DNA from: Balanoglossus misakiensis
Lineage: Eukaryota > Animalia > Hemichordata
Direction of reading: 5' to 3'
Length of the DNA: 64,000 nt
Assembly (NCBI GenBank): GCA_040954595.2
Contig: CM082579.2
Coordinates: forward strand, 9,599,625 to 9,663,624
Position 1 is the first letter of the stretch. Each line of letters opens with the position of its first letter. Position numbers and translations under genes: made by a program. Shown here piece by piece: positions 13,701-27,050 of the stretch. Below the pieces are notes generated by a model. It worked only from the letters and a program-made list of their open reading frames with translations. It was not told the DNA's origin and did not search any database.

Positions 13701-16700
13701 AAGTTTTCTCTATGCAGCAAACTACATGTGAATTTGCCACCTAATCAGCCTACTACATGTAAACCAAACAATACAGTTACTGGTAACAGTGTAGGTGAGA
13801 GCAGTGCTAACAAACAAACACGCAGATGAAGGCATACAAAGGAACACATATTTGTTTGTTTGTACCACTCTCCTATTAGAAACCTGTCCCCGACTTTTCC
13901 TATTCCCCTTTCAACACAAGATATCAGCACATTACAAGAATGTCCCTCCAAAACTCAGTCTCAATGTAACTAAAAAATGTTGACCTGGGCAGGAACAATA
14001 ACATATTAAAGAAGAAAAAAAACAAGGAGTACCAACTGTACCTTTCTTGCAAAGGTCCTCCTCCAAATCTGTAATCTTCTGTTTCATCAGCACCTCTTGT
14101 TCCTTAAACATTTGCTTCAGCTGCTCTTTCTCTTCGTTGGAACTCTGGTATTGTTGATGACAGTGGCCAATCTTCATTTTCATCTTATCCATTTCAATTC
14201 TGGCCTCGTGCAGAGCCGCCCGGTATTGTTCCCGACTCTGGACCACTTTCTGTTTATCTTTGACCTGTGGACGTAGGGGTCGAGATCTGTGACCTTTGCA
14301 CTATGCATGGTAATGTCAGAACCAACAGTATGAAGGGTTTTCAAGTTGTCATAGTTACCAATGCAGATTTAGGGTAACCAACTGAGGCAGAGAATTAATC
14401 TACAGGACCAAGACTTCTTTGGTTATCGTACAGTTCACTTTCTAAACAATGACTATCATTCTGTGAATACTCTGAAGATTGTATGAATCTCTGCCAACAT
14501 TTGAGCAATTCCTGAAAAAATGTGGACCAGAAAACACAACATGATGCCAATAAAAATCAATGTTTCTTACTGCCTGTTCAAGGTTGTACTTCTCATCACT
14601 GACAACTCTCAGCTTTTCCTCCATCTTCATATTTTCACTCTTGTAGTGACTCAGCTCTTCTATTCTCGTTCTGAGCCTGCAACCGAAAGTAAGAGCACAG
14701 AAATCTTTAAGAGATGGAGGCACAACAGTGATAGGTGCTGCAACTGATCAGGTAAGCAGTGCACCAATACATGTACCTCACATCACTTCTAGGATTCATT
14801 ATGCGGCGTGACTTTTCACCACCTATTGTTTACGCATTAGCATAGGTCAAAGGTTAAAAGCATGTGAAACCATTTTATTCATATATGTTTTGAGAAGTAA
14901 AAATAAACAATGTCTTGGATTTCTCTTTTCAAAAAAAAAAAAAATGAAAAATACTTTAAGAAGCTGGAGATCACAAGATTGTTCAAACATAAGTGTGAAG
15001 GGTTCATTGCAATGCAATGACTTTTTTCGTGTAAGAGTGACTTACGCTTCCCATTTTTGTATTTACTACACAGCCAGTGAAACTAACAACTGCTAATAAG
15101 ATATGAGCATACTTTAATGGTTTCTGACATATTGCTATTCCAGTTGTTGTTTCCATCTCAAACACAGCAAGGTTACAAACAGCAAAAGCTGGTGAATACA
15201 TAATATCCAATTTTTCAGTACTTGGCCACCATCAAAGGCTGGAGAACCTGGACCACATCCTGCCACCAATAGGATGTCCAGTAAAAAATGTGTGAAGCTG
15301 GTTTGTTATTAACATTTGGTTACACTTATATCAAGTGGCTTCTCTACATTTGAATACAGTACAATGTACAAGTTTTTGTACATGAATGAGTTTGTTGCCC
15401 CATGAATAAGCACCACCTGTGAACGACGACAAGGCAAACTATCACCCAATTGTAGACACCACCAAAATGGGGAAGTGTTGCAAAGTTGGGTTTCATTGAA
15501 TGAAGACACTATTTAGGACCTCCAGTTGAGAATAGTAATACATAGTTCAACTGGACAAGACTGATGTAAAAGTTATCATAACCACTATTGTTGGTTTGGA
15601 AAATTGTTGCAAAATTTACAATGGTTTGTGTTTATAAAATGTTGCCGACCACAAACAGATCATAGTTTTCTTTCTTGGCATCATTGTAAAGCATACTTTT
15701 TTAACATTCACCACATCTACAACTACATATTGCTGTGTAGTATTTCCAACTTTTGGAAACAACAATTTCAGTACATGTAGTTAGATTTTTTTCCCAATTT
15801 CACCATTCACATCTGAATGGTTAAAGAAGCCCCCAAGATCAGGAAACCCTATCTACCAGGTAAAGATTTCAAACGAGAACAAAGATTGACAAACTGCTAA
15901 ACAGCAATTTCACACATCCACAAGTGCGAGAACCAGGGATTGAGAAGGGTGACTCTTTATCCCCAACTTCAACCGTGTTTACATGAAAAATTCACAGAAT
16001 TTAAGATCACCATACCTGCATACTTCTGCCTCTGCCTTCTCTCTCATGACATTGGCATTTTTCAGGTCTTCCGCCGCGTACTGTAGTGACCTCAGATCGT
16101 GCAATTCTTGCCTCGTTTGAGACAACTTCGTTTCTGTAAATGAATGAATCATGAAATAAAGGTGATGAACAGACAAACGGCAAACACACATCTACAAAAC
16201 TGAGCCCACCTGCATTGTCTGCACATTGGTCACACTGCACTGACTGATTTTGATTTCATAGCATTGCCAATGCTGGTTTTACATATGTAACCCTGTACAT
16301 ACACAGACAGGGCTTCTCAATGTTCCAGCTACAGCGGTTGTCTCAGTTTTTGTTGATAATTTCAACTCTAGAAATCTGCAATTTTTCCTGTTATGCTATT
16401 TACCTCTGGCCTGTACTGCAATTTTTTAGACCAAGTGAGGTGGTTGTTTGGCAGCTATTGCTGTCTTGCTCTTTGCAATGTTGCACTTTCACACATGCAT
16501 TGAACACAATTACATTGCTGTTGTTTTTGTTGTTGAATGGTTTCTTGATAAACTGGAAGTTTCTTGGAAAGTCAAACAACTGCTGTATAACTCACCCAGT
16601 GCGACTATAGTCTGCGCTTTCTCCTCAACTTCTTGCTCTTTTTCTTCTCTCAAGTGCGCTTCATTCGATAGCGCCACTTCCAGTTTTTTCACCTCCCGTT

Positions 16701-19673
16701 GCATAATCTGTAACCAGAAAAGGCAGTCTTTCAGAGGCACTTCACGACGTTAGCAATCAGACATTTAGAACTTTGGTGTGCCAGTTAGTGGCTACCAAGG
16801 TTACAATAATTCAAATCATGAACCTGATAATACAACATTGTACATGGGAAATTAAGGAGCATTCATTCAGCTTGACAACACAGTATCCTCCCTATAAAAC
16901 AAAAGGACCAATTCTTTTCAAATTGGAAGATAAAAACTTGATGACCAAGGTTTGTGTGCTGGGGCACCCCATTTCTGTTGCTGTTTTTTTTTTTCTTCAA
17001 AAATGAGATGTTCAGACCCCTGGGCTTTAGCCCTTACACCCCCCACTTCCCTCTTAAGAGGTCCAACCTTACCATAGAAAACAATGGGTTTGGACTGAAC
17101 CATGGTGGTCAAAGGGTTAATGTGGAGAATTTATCATTCTGGGCTCTTTGAAAGACTTGTATGGGAGATTTTCAGAAAATGGAAACAACAGAACATCGGT
17201 ATTATAAGTCGTACCCCCTTTTCAGCACACACTGTCACTCATAAAAGGCGCGTCTTATAAAATGACTTTAACGGTAGACATAGCTACTCACCCTACTCTT
17301 CATCTGTGGAGAATTGAGAAAGAGTCTGACCGGGGATGACTCGTATGCTGGAGAGTTGGAATACAGCCTTGTCACCGGCCCCGAAGAGATAAAACTCACA
17401 TTGGCCGATCCACAGGCATTGCTCTCATTCAGGGAACTGTTGCAGCTGGCCGTGCCCTCAGCTGTCAAGGTGACAAAGAATATGTTTTAGTCATTGGGAT
17501 TGGAACAACAGGTGTACAGTCTGAATGGTTTTCATGTGTCAGATGTGTGGATGAGAAGTATAAGCATATCAGCTTGGAAGACAGTCACACAAACAGTAAA
17601 ACACATCATCCATTTACTACAATGAGATTCAACAACAATGTCTGCTGGTTAATACGGTAGTATCATTTTTTTAGTGAAGTCATTTCAGTCAGCTGTATTG
17701 AATACATAAAACTCTGAATTTGAATGCATCATGGTACAAAACAAAACATGTCCATGTGTATCACCCTTCGGTATGTGTTTCTAATCCATGTGTCACAGTC
17801 ATGTGACTTCGTTTGTTCAGAACACTGCAGAGTCACTATTGAATTCCACAGTGGGCCTAATGTATCCCTATCAGATCAGTTCTTTATTTCAAAGCTGGTT
17901 GATGATTATGCTGATCAACTTGCAATGTCTTCCCACTTTCCCACCGAAATGCAACCGGATTTTCTTAGGAGACGACTCACCAACGCACAGAATCTGCGAA
18001 TAGTCCGACCTCAGGACAGCCATTTCCCCGTCACATATGAATTCGATGATTTTCATTATTTGCGCCTGAGTGCTGGTGTCGTTCTTGGTTATCAACCTGA
18101 CGAAAAATTCACGATTTGAACACTGCACCGCTTGTATCAAGAGCAAAGTCACCATTTTGGCAATTTCCCGTTTGTTCCGTTCGAAGATGATGCGAGACCA
18201 AGTCAACTGTATGTTTTGACCAGGATAACAATCTGAAAAGAGAGAGAGAGAGAGAAAATATAGATGGAATGCACATTGAAAATCAAAGTCTATTTTCCTG
18301 CAGTTTGCTCAAGGCAAATAAAAATTCGAGGTCATCATGCAAAACAGAGAGAGTGAAACTGTCTCAAAGTCGAAATTCAAAATGGCCACCAATTTCTGTA
18401 TAGGAGCTCTAGAAAGAAAAATTAGAGCGATTTTTATGAGAACACTGTGTTGAAAAAATCCTCTTGGCATTATATAGATGCAGCAAAGACTATGCTGTTT
18501 TCTTGTCTTACCCATCACAAAACAGATCTACATCATAGTGAAACATAATGAGAGCAAATTGCCTAATAGACTACGCAACCCTTAGAATAATTGGCACTGA
18601 GGCAGTCCTCTCTGGCCATAGCAACAAAGACATCTAGTGAAAACATACACATGCTGATATTGACGACCAGTAAAATGCAACTTACCCTGTAGGTATTCCA
18701 AAACTTTCTTGATCCTGTCTTTGGGATTATCAACATCCTCTGTGCTGAATTTAGCATCTCTAAAAAGTGGAAATCAAAAGAAAAATGGCAATTTACAAAA
18801 CTTTTCATTACATACCTCGCCATGCCATACAAAAATAATTGTTTGAATGTCCTGGTCATTATTTAGACCAAGGTTCAGTTTAATAAATGTGTTCCATGTA
18901 TAAAAAATAACATTTTCAGCAGAGCAAGTACATTATTTGGAAATACAAATGTAGTTCCATCGGACCGGTAGGCGGTATCCTTGGCAACTGGAGGTCAACA
19001 TAATGCTCACCAGCCTGCAACATTCCCAGATGTTGCCTATTCGAATCAATGCATTGATTTTGCATGCACATCAAGGAATGTAATTAAATCCACATTATCA
19101 ATTGTTTTACCATGGTAAGATTCAACTTGTGGTGTGAATTCAATTTATAGCCATCAGATCACCAGCCAGAAAGTTTCAGACTGCGCACACAAAAGAAAAA
19201 CAGGTAAAATTATTATCACTGGTTGTAAGTATCATAAAATTCTTACATTTGTGTTACTATGGTCATGAGGGACTTCCCATCCCACAGCTGATCCATATCT
19301 TCCACGACATTGTTACAAACAGAATTGACCTAGAGAAAATAAGAAAAATATATACAGAGAAAAAATTATGAATTTGCATTAATTCTATTTTGACTTAGTA
19401 GTACATATACTGGTGGTAGTCAGTGTGCCTTCTAACATAATTTTTAAAAGCTCGAATATAGCAAAAATCACAGATTTTCAGTGGTGCCACACATGAAACT
19501 AGTGCACAACCACGTGGTCTTTCAAACACACTCTTTTGACCATATATAGGCATATGTAAATTAGAGGTGACCATATTTGTCGAAAACAGCCTTGACAAAA
19601 TAATGTGATATGTTGATATAATCTACTGCACACTTACCCAGGTCACCAATGCCTTTACTTTGTTGGGGTCCAT
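4767..19673 (-). CDS. NUMA1: Nuclear mitotic apparatus protein (NuMA/Mud/LIN-5 family), ~18 coding exons, ~1300 aa
   Basis: Spliced GT-AG exons: 19673-19638 MDPNKVKALVTW; 19329-19247 VNSVCNNVVEDMDQLWDG; ~18759-18686; ~18232-17981 EIAKMVTLLLIQAV (Hook-like domain); ~17461-17292 SPVRLFLNSPQMKSR; ~16707-16596; ~16133-16016; ~14676-14571; ~14264-14042; ~13577-13411; 13033-11468 (large coiled-coil exon); ~11153-11029; ~10625-10346; ~9404-9252 STLFEITMTSK; 7128-6887 EDEPEHFDWGRVSELQRRNTLCLPHMRSAYPIE; ~6369-6289; ~5722-5606 VAFSIGFTPQK; 4802-4767 PDKGKKTQTKK*. These match recalled NuMA hallmarks (LLSWVNSL, QIINITM, DEPEQ..WNRIAELQQRN..PHLK..YPLE, AFSILNTPKK). Choice of last exon is less certain. Confidence 0.88.
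5132..5325. mobile_element. ~190-bp TTAA-flanked Kolobok-like MITE family, intact copy (degenerate copies at ~19465-19572, ~30848-30947, ~46193-46373, ~49122-49172)
   Basis: ttaa|aggtatacggtcacc ... ggtgactgtatacct|ttaa; copies share the core ccaatcac.gattttcagtgggtggcacac and/or ggcatatgtaa.tt.gaggtgac. Confidence 0.85.
6586..6798. mobile_element. Tc1/mariner-type MITE (TA TSD) in a NuMA intron
   Basis: ta|ctgtaaaacac.ttattttcg ... cgaaaataacgtgttttacag|ta, with internal ttcgcg/cgcgaa subrepeats. Confidence 0.85.
7289..7530. mobile_element. Degenerate TTAA-flanked Kolobok-like MITE
   Basis: ttaa|agggaagcgatagtcgtgc ... gcgcgaccaccacttccct|ttaa; imperfect TIRs. Confidence 0.6.
7742..7838 (+). 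mobile_element. ~95-bp piggyBac-like mini element, copy 1 of 4
   Basis: TTAA-bounded; core ccctctt..agaggtccaac.tta.ca..gaaaacaatgg.tt.ggac.gaacca.ggtggt..aagggttaa shared with 17027-17120, 42782-42869 and 47031-47124. Confidence 0.7.
13108..13355 (+). repeat. Interspersed repeat with internal hairpin, copy 1 (copy 2 at ~56248-56463)
   Basis: Shared blocks gattattcatttt, tacaagtgggatgga.gttgtgtgtg, aacataaa.agtgtcttgtatcaaacataa.taatgga. Confidence 0.85.
17027..17120 (+). mobile_element. ~95-bp piggyBac-like mini element, copy 2
   Basis: ttag|ccctt ... aaggg|ttaa termini; same core as the other copies. Confidence 0.75.
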
Positions 19674-20817
19674 GCTTGGTGTATCTGCATACACATTCAT
19701 TGAAAACAATAGATAATTAATTGATAATAATTGAATTAATATATCATCTTGTCAAAGTCTTTTACTGTTATTGTTGAAATTTCCCTTGAATTTTTGTTTG
19801 GGGGAAAATGCGCAATACCCGTTATTGTTATGTTAATGGTATATATTGTTTTCCCAAAATCAAAGGATAGGGGCCACTACTCTATAAGGGCTCTGGGGAG
19901 AACACTGCAGGGATGTTGTGTATTTCCATAGAGGTTAAAATCATCTTGGATATTCCTTCCTCTCTGGTGCTTGCCCCAAGGATAGACAGTACCGTCCGTA
20001 ATTATTATCCATGCTAGCTGCGTTTCCACAGCTAGCTGAGTAACTCCATGCATATGGACCACCAATCATCACTTCCCAAGATTTCATGTTTACTAATAAT
20101 CACCCTTTGTTTATCAGATTTGCACACAAAAGTCATTCACCTTTTGTTGACCAGTTTTGTCCAGGTTTCACACCATTATCACTTTTTTGTCATTTCTCCC
20201 ATGGATGCTGAGGGTCTTGCTCTGACATCTTTGTAAATGTTATTGTAAGCAATTTCCCTTGAATTTTAACTCCAAACCTTTCAGGGTCTTTTGAATTGAA
20301 CTGCCCCCTTGGACTCTAGCCTTAGGCTTAGAGTTAGGCATGACTGTATTTAAAATGACTAAAGTGATTACCCTAAAGTACAACGCCACTAGAGAATTGA
20401 AGACTCCAAGGTGGTAGGGCAACCTAGCAGCACATCCGCTAAAAATTCAATCATTGCAGCTAAGAAAAATTGTTTTACCTGCTACCTAGCTGCAGTTCAG
20501 TAGCTCGATTTTGCCTCAGCCTGGTTTGCACAGCCCAGGAAGAATCGAGCTACTGAACTGTTAGGTACGTAGACAGTCTGACTGAGATTATTATTCGCGA
20601 CCGTGTGGTCATGAATCAATGTGAAAACTAGTGAAATCACTAGTAAGACTTGATTCAAGCCCGACTTCAGGCTTGGGAAGTTTGTACATGTACACACTGT
20701 CTGTACTGTCTGGCCATAGCGGTCCCCAGCGCCCTTCCTGAGAATGCCAGGATCGTGCATGTTTCATATCACAGTCTTGTGCTCAAATCATCTTGGTATC
20801 ATAAACGTAAGACTTAC

Positions 20818-21173
20818 CTAATTTGACGTCGTCATGAAGTGATCAAATAGAAACGCGATCACTCGATCATCTCATTCAACGGGTGACTTTTGTTTTTACG
20901 CCCGCATTTCAAACAAACCGGTATACTAACCACGTGACCAATCAAGTCCAATCGAACCCCGGTCTCGTCGGAACTTAACATAGTCTCGCGAGATGTCTGG
21001 GTGTTTGTTGACAACCAAGATGGCGAACTGCTGGTTGCTGTGATCTTTGCAAGACGACACTATCAAAATAAACCGAACACTAACTGTGGCAATTCGATAT
21101 TTCGCGACGAGTGAAGTCACTTCAACTGACATTTTCTTTCGTATGTCATAGCACGTTTCAGAAACAATAAAAA
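20818..21173. promoter_or_regulatory. Bidirectional promoter and first non-coding exons of NuMA (-) and LRRC51 (+)
   Basis: Divergent GTAAGT donors at 20817 (-) and 21174 (+). CpG-rich. Motifs: TTTGAA CHR-like on minus (20908-20913), E-box CACGTG (20931), CCAAT x2 (20938, 20948), TCTCGCGAGA (20984-20993), YY1-like CAAGATGGCG (21016-21025). Confidence 0.7.
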
Positions 21174-21350
21174 GTAAGTAGAAGTTATGTACTGGTCGTG
21201 ATCGAACCCAATATTACCTCTGGATTTTAGTTACATCCATCCATCATCCAAATGCCATGGATGGCATTTCACTTGTCCAGTGGCCACGTTTTATTTTGAC
21301 GAAATACCCGGAACGTTGACACCACATTCATTTTGTCACGATTGCAGATA

Positions 21351-24300
21351 ATGTCTACACCGCGTAGTGCGCGTCCATCGGGACAACCAGCCATCGACTC
21401 CTCAAATGACGTCCCGCCTCCTCTCGATTACTCGTTTAGATGCCTGACCGGAATGGATGGTAAGTACTTGTGTAGTGACACCCTGTTACCTATCAGTTTT
21501 CATGTAGTATGGCAAAGTACACATGTGCCTGCATTGGATTTCTCTGTATGGTCACGCCATCTTGAAGAATAATCCCACTGTACTCCAAGTGAAATAATGT
21601 GCTATAGATAAAAGTTTCAGATGTTAAATTTATAGCCACATTTACAAATTGATTTCATCTAACAACTGAAGATGCTCAGCTGGAACTATATTGCGAAATT
21701 CCATAACAGTGCTACCCAACTATTTAGCAATTTCATTCAAAACAACAACCAAGAACAGTTTTATAGTCAATGAACTACATGCATTTCAACAATGAATTAC
21801 ATTATATTTTCAGATGCCAAATAAACATTTTATTTTTTTTTGACCCATTTTGTACTAGTATTCCAGTCTTGAAGAATGACTAATCCTGATATCATATGCC
21901 AAATATTGATAACTTAATATAGCAAGTCTCAAAGAAGTAATATCACTGATTATGTACCGAATGAAAAGACAAGAAAGTTGATAGTGCATACTCTTTTCCT
22001 TATATAAGGCAATTGAAGAAGTGAATGAAAATATGGTAAAGCAGCTAGTACATATTTATTATCAGTCAAGAAAACTGAAAAAATATTTCGTCTTAACCTG
22101 ATACTGTTTTTCTTATGAGTAACAGGAGAAGCATGGTGGCTTGGAGGCAATCTTACAGATATCCTTCAAGTACAAATCCTTATTGGTGTTCGACAGACTG
22201 GCTGTACTCTTGACAAAGTTTACAGTCATTCATCTAAATACGTGTGTGCAACTCTTGCCACAAGGGTCAAGATCTTCCACCAACATTGGTGTGTTACAGG
22301 CTATCCCAGGAATTTGATTGCTGAACAAAAAAAATACTTACTGTTTGCTAAAGTACCTCTATCACACACTGATATACTATTGTCATGCAATCCCTTATTT
22401 TGTTCAAAAATTTCTGGATGGTCGTCATCTGGAGTTCGTCAAGTGTTAGAATAAAGAAATATGCATAGCCTGGGGTACTTTTACTTTCTGTATTATCAAA
22501 TTATTGTCAAATTTGAGCACAGCAAAGTTTCGGTGGAAGATGTTGATCTTGTGATGTTGTATCGTCAAGGTGTAAGTTTGGTGTAAAGAAGGAACATCTC
22601 AACCTTTTTTTCCCCAATTTCCATCACCATCGCTTCTGCACTGCTAACATAACTCCTCATCTACTGCAAAAATACACCTTGCAGCTTGCAATTCCAAACC
22701 TTCATTTCATTGGTCTTAAGAAAAGTATACTGATGGGTCCTCTCTACGATATATGTGTGATGGCATATTGAATAAGGAAAAAAAAAACCCGCAACACTGT
22801 CATTGCAGATATCTTAGATGAGGATCCCCGAGCGGGTCAGCGTCCTTTGAAGAAAACGGACGAAGGCAAAGTAATCTCTTCCGCCTTAAAAGTGAATAAC
22901 AATACAATTCAGGACCTCAATGGTTTTGCCGATATCATGACAAAGGTCTTAGATAAACCTGAAGAGGTCTCCTGGATTGATTTGTCGTTCAATGATCTCA
23001 CCAAAATCGATGAAGTAAGTACCCAGCAGGTAGGAGAGGAGAAATTGTACATCCAATAGAAACGGTGTGTAGTCTGTGAAATGAGTTGTGGTCTTTCAGC
23101 CGGCAGTTCCAGTGAAGCTACCATTTCTATCATGGCGATGCACTGAATTCATCTCTCACTTTGCAGAATACAAATGGCAATTTAAAAGACTGCACTATGC
23201 TACTTTCACTTTTTGCATCAACCAGATAAGGACTTTTTACAAGCGGTATAATGACTGCATGCTTTGGTGGTAATTAATGGTTGTGGGTTTTACGTAACTT
23301 TTAATTTCTGCTTTTTAATCATTGAGCTAAGTAATAGTAATAAACAAAAACTGGACTGCGAATGCTGCGAGTGGTTTTTGCAACCTAACCTCGTTTCACA
23401 AACTAACAGTTTGTATGGGATGTAGAATTGGTTCAGCTGAGGTTTTCAAAGTCTAACCGCTACGAAAACAAAACGGAATCGGGAGTCTAAAGGTCTTTGC
23501 TGTGCATGTACAGTTTGGTGGGCATAACCAGAACGGGGGTGTTGACTGGAATATTGACAAAACGTTGCATGATGTGTTAATGAATGCTAACACAGATGGT
23601 AAGGTAAGACTTGTGTGAATCAACCGACTGTGTGTGTATAATATAAAGTTGTGGCCAGATTTAACCACAGGTGTTTTAATCTTTGCATGCTTGGGAACTG
23701 ACCCAGTGGTTTTGGAAATTAATGAGAGGCTGATGAAATTAACATGCCTGACTGACTGGCGCTGCTGGGAGAAATGAACATTCTAACGATGCGTTGTCTG
23801 TGGAGAGCAAAGCAAAAGAGAAATGTCTGCCTGAAATTGTGCCATGGTTGTTCAGTCGTTGTGCACTGGGCGTGGAATGTTTTCTGCGTAGCAAGTGAAT
23901 AGGTTAAAACTCTGGTATGTCTGTTGTAGTGATGCTGGAAAAAAACTGCTCAGTTGGGGGGGGGGGTGATTTTTGGAGATAAAAAAAATTCTGTGGCAGA
24001 GATCGAGCATGGTTGACTAAACCAAATGAATTTTTTACCTGGGGCAGTGGGATTGTGAAAAAAATATGAACTTTCAAATTTCACCAGACATATTGACAGG
24101 AGAGTATTTTTTGATATCAAGTAAAAATTGTGTTTTATTGGCAAAATTGCCTTGGTGATGACAGGCCTTTTTTCTGAAAAAAAATGACATGTGTCTGTGA
24201 GATGTACATTTGGTGCCCTGTATCTTGTATGAACAAAGCTACTGCTCGTATTTGTTGTCTGGTCAAATTCTCTCTTATCACAGATACTGAGGAATTTACA

Positions 24301-25052
24301 ATTATACATAATAGAGCAAGCAATGTTTGCAAAATGAATGACATTAGAATGCCACACCTGCACAACAACAGAATACTTCAGGTCTAGTGGGTTTCAACAC
24401 TGATTTTACTGTGAATATGAATAGAAACAAACTATCACCATGGAAATAGTGTAATAATATAAACAAAAAATATGTCATTAAAAATGTAAACAATTTCAGT
24501 GATTACAGCATTCTACCCAGAGCAATTTAAAGAGTATCAGAGCCAACACCCTGAATTTATTTTATTTATTTATTTCTTGGGGGGGGGGGGGGGGGGGAGA
24601 GAAACAATAGAAACTTGTTATAGCAATTAATTGCATCTCTATGAAATAAGTCAGTACTGTATCAGAAATTCCTGGAGAGAACGGTGCAGTTAAAGCTTAA
24701 TGTATTGTAAATACTTCCACGAATTTTGTCAATAAACTGTTATTTGTGTTGCATTGCCTTGTAGGTCATCCTCCAATATGAAGGTTTGAAGATGCTCTAT
24801 CTCCACGGAAACTGCATCGGCGATTTGAGCGAAATAGACAAACTTGGCCAGCTGCCGAACCTGATGAGTCTGAGCCTGCACGGCAACCCCCTTGAGAACG
24901 AAAAGGGCTACAGAAAGTATGTGTTGGCCAAAGTTCCCCAGCTGAGAACACTGGATTTCAGCGGCGTGACCAAGTCGGACAGGGCCGATGCCGCCACCTG
25001 GAATAAAATGTACGGCGGGAAGAAACAGAAGAAGAAAAAGAAGAAGGAATAG
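21351..25052 (+). CDS. LRRC51: Leucine-rich repeat-containing protein 51, 3 coding exons, ~200 aa
   Basis: Exons 21351-21459 (PPLDYSFR), 22809-23014 (LKVNNNTI..WIDLSFNDLTKIDE) and 24765-25052 (LKMLYLHGNCI..LSLHGNPLE..YRKYVL..LRTLDFSGVTKSDR) splice in phase; motifs match recalled LRRC51. Confidence 0.9.
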
Positions 25053-26435
25053 CACGTGGATCTTCTCGTGGATGCCAGTACACTGACAAAGGGAGCATTG
25101 GGATATGAATCTTCGAAAGACCACAAACTCGTGTTTTTAAAAAGTGTTTAAAAAATAATAAGGGTACTGTCAACGCATTTCCTGTGAGTGATAAAGTTGT
25201 CGAGTGAATCAGAGGTCAATAAAATGGGATAGAGAAACAAAAATCAACATTTCCAATTATGAGGATCAATTCAGCCACGCATTCCAAAAGCCATGCATAC
25301 TCAATACATTTGCATGTTGCACCATGCAGGGTAAACCAAGCTGATGGCATTTGAGGGTGTTTCTAAATCCTGAACACAAAAATTTGCCAAGTATAATCAT
25401 GAATTATGATTGTCAAGCCAATTTACAAAGATGAGAAATATTCCATCCATTTTTGAAGTATTATATTTGTGTCTACATGTCCTTTCATACTATCTTTGTC
25501 CTTGTGTAAATGTTCTGCTTTTAATTAAAGAAATGAGGGCTGTTTTTAATCCAAATTATACTAGTACAATGGATAGCACATTTATCAATAAAAGAGCTCA
25601 GTATGACCAAAATGTAAATAAAGTAGATATAATTATTATTGTATGAAGCTTGTATTGCTTGTTTGTATGTATTTTATGATTTCAAAGAGTTCTGTCTTGT
25701 GTAGTAGACCTGAATTGAAGGGAAGATGGTGGCATGAAATTTTAAGAGTGTCACTGAATTGCAGAATTTGTTTCCTGATATTCAGGACGTAGTAGCCTCC
25801 TAGCCTGACTCAAATAATGATAATTTCCCCTACGAGCATAAAAATCTGAGTGAATTTTTCATTGTCTTGAATTTGATGTGTGGCAGCCATTTGGCCTGAA
25901 ATCTATGCAAAATGGCTGAACCTATCAATTGTAAGCCCTGCACAGCTAGAATTGGTCAGTCTGTGGTAGGGTAGGGTGGCGGGCAGTCACGACCAGGAGT
26001 TTTAAATATGGCCGTTGGTGGCGCCATGCATTGTCCATTTTCTAGTACATGTAATCATACTGCAGCCCATAACATTCCCATTGGAATATGCTGAAATGTT
26101 CTTGTTGGCTGGTACATGTATACTGGTACATGTACATGTATAAGGCCAGAAATTCCAGAACTTGTGGCTGCCAAAAAGTTATGATGTAAAATGCAGCCTG
26201 AAATGTTACTACAAGTGTGCAAATATTTTACCACAAATGATGTATTCCCTGTAAATGTGTTGGGAGATTCAATTATTCGGGTCAAGTATTTGACATAAAG
26301 TTTTGCATACTAGTATCTCCTCTTCATCTCGACCAAACTGGTGTAATTTCAGCTGAGGTTTATACTCTAAGCCTTCAGCATTCTCACTAACCTGCATGTG
26401 ATCTGGCTCCTGGCCCTGAGAATTGAAATGCCTCT

Positions 26436-27050
26436 TACCGTAGTTTGCCGGGTAAGAGCCCCGGGTGCTGGGCCAACAGATTAGCGAAAAAACAGGGGGG
26501 GGGGCTTTAGCCCGGATATGGCCTCGAGATTTATGCAAATGAGGGATGGCCACCTCGACTTTTATGCAAATTTTTGAGTGGTTCATTCTCCGAGTCCAAG
26601 TCGGGATCTTCCAATGTTGGGTGTTTCGCGTCGAGGACGGACTGAAGCAGCTCCACGCGGCCGCTTTGGAAAGCTCCCCGGTGACCTCACACGCGGCAGC
26701 GCGTCCATCTACGTGATCGTTGAATTCGAGGCACGGTCCCGAGGGACCTGTCTGAGGTCATGTTTTCTAGAGCGGCTAACTCAGCGTGGCCAGTCGGCCG
26801 CGGTGGGTACGATAATCAGCGCGAAAGTAAATCATCATACATTTTTTTTTTCACTTTTAGTGACTTTGGGGATGAAAATCCGCCCTTTTTGCATTGCACT
26901 TTATTAAATTTCCTAGAATTTAATGGATATTCGGCCGGGGGGGGGGGGGGGGCTTTAGACCGGATATGGCCTCGATCTACAAATGGGCCCTAAAACCAGG
27001 GGGGGGGGGCGTTTGTCCGAGCAGGGGCTCTTACCCGGCAAACTACGGTA
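26436..27050. mobile_element. Tc1/mariner (pogo/Tigger-like) non-autonomous element, TA TSD
   Basis: ta|ccgtagtttgccgggtaagagcccc ... ggggctcttacccggcaaactacgg|ta, a perfect 25-bp TIR; internal direct repeat (G)n-ctttag.ccggatatggcctcga at ~26496 and ~26937. Confidence 0.9.
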
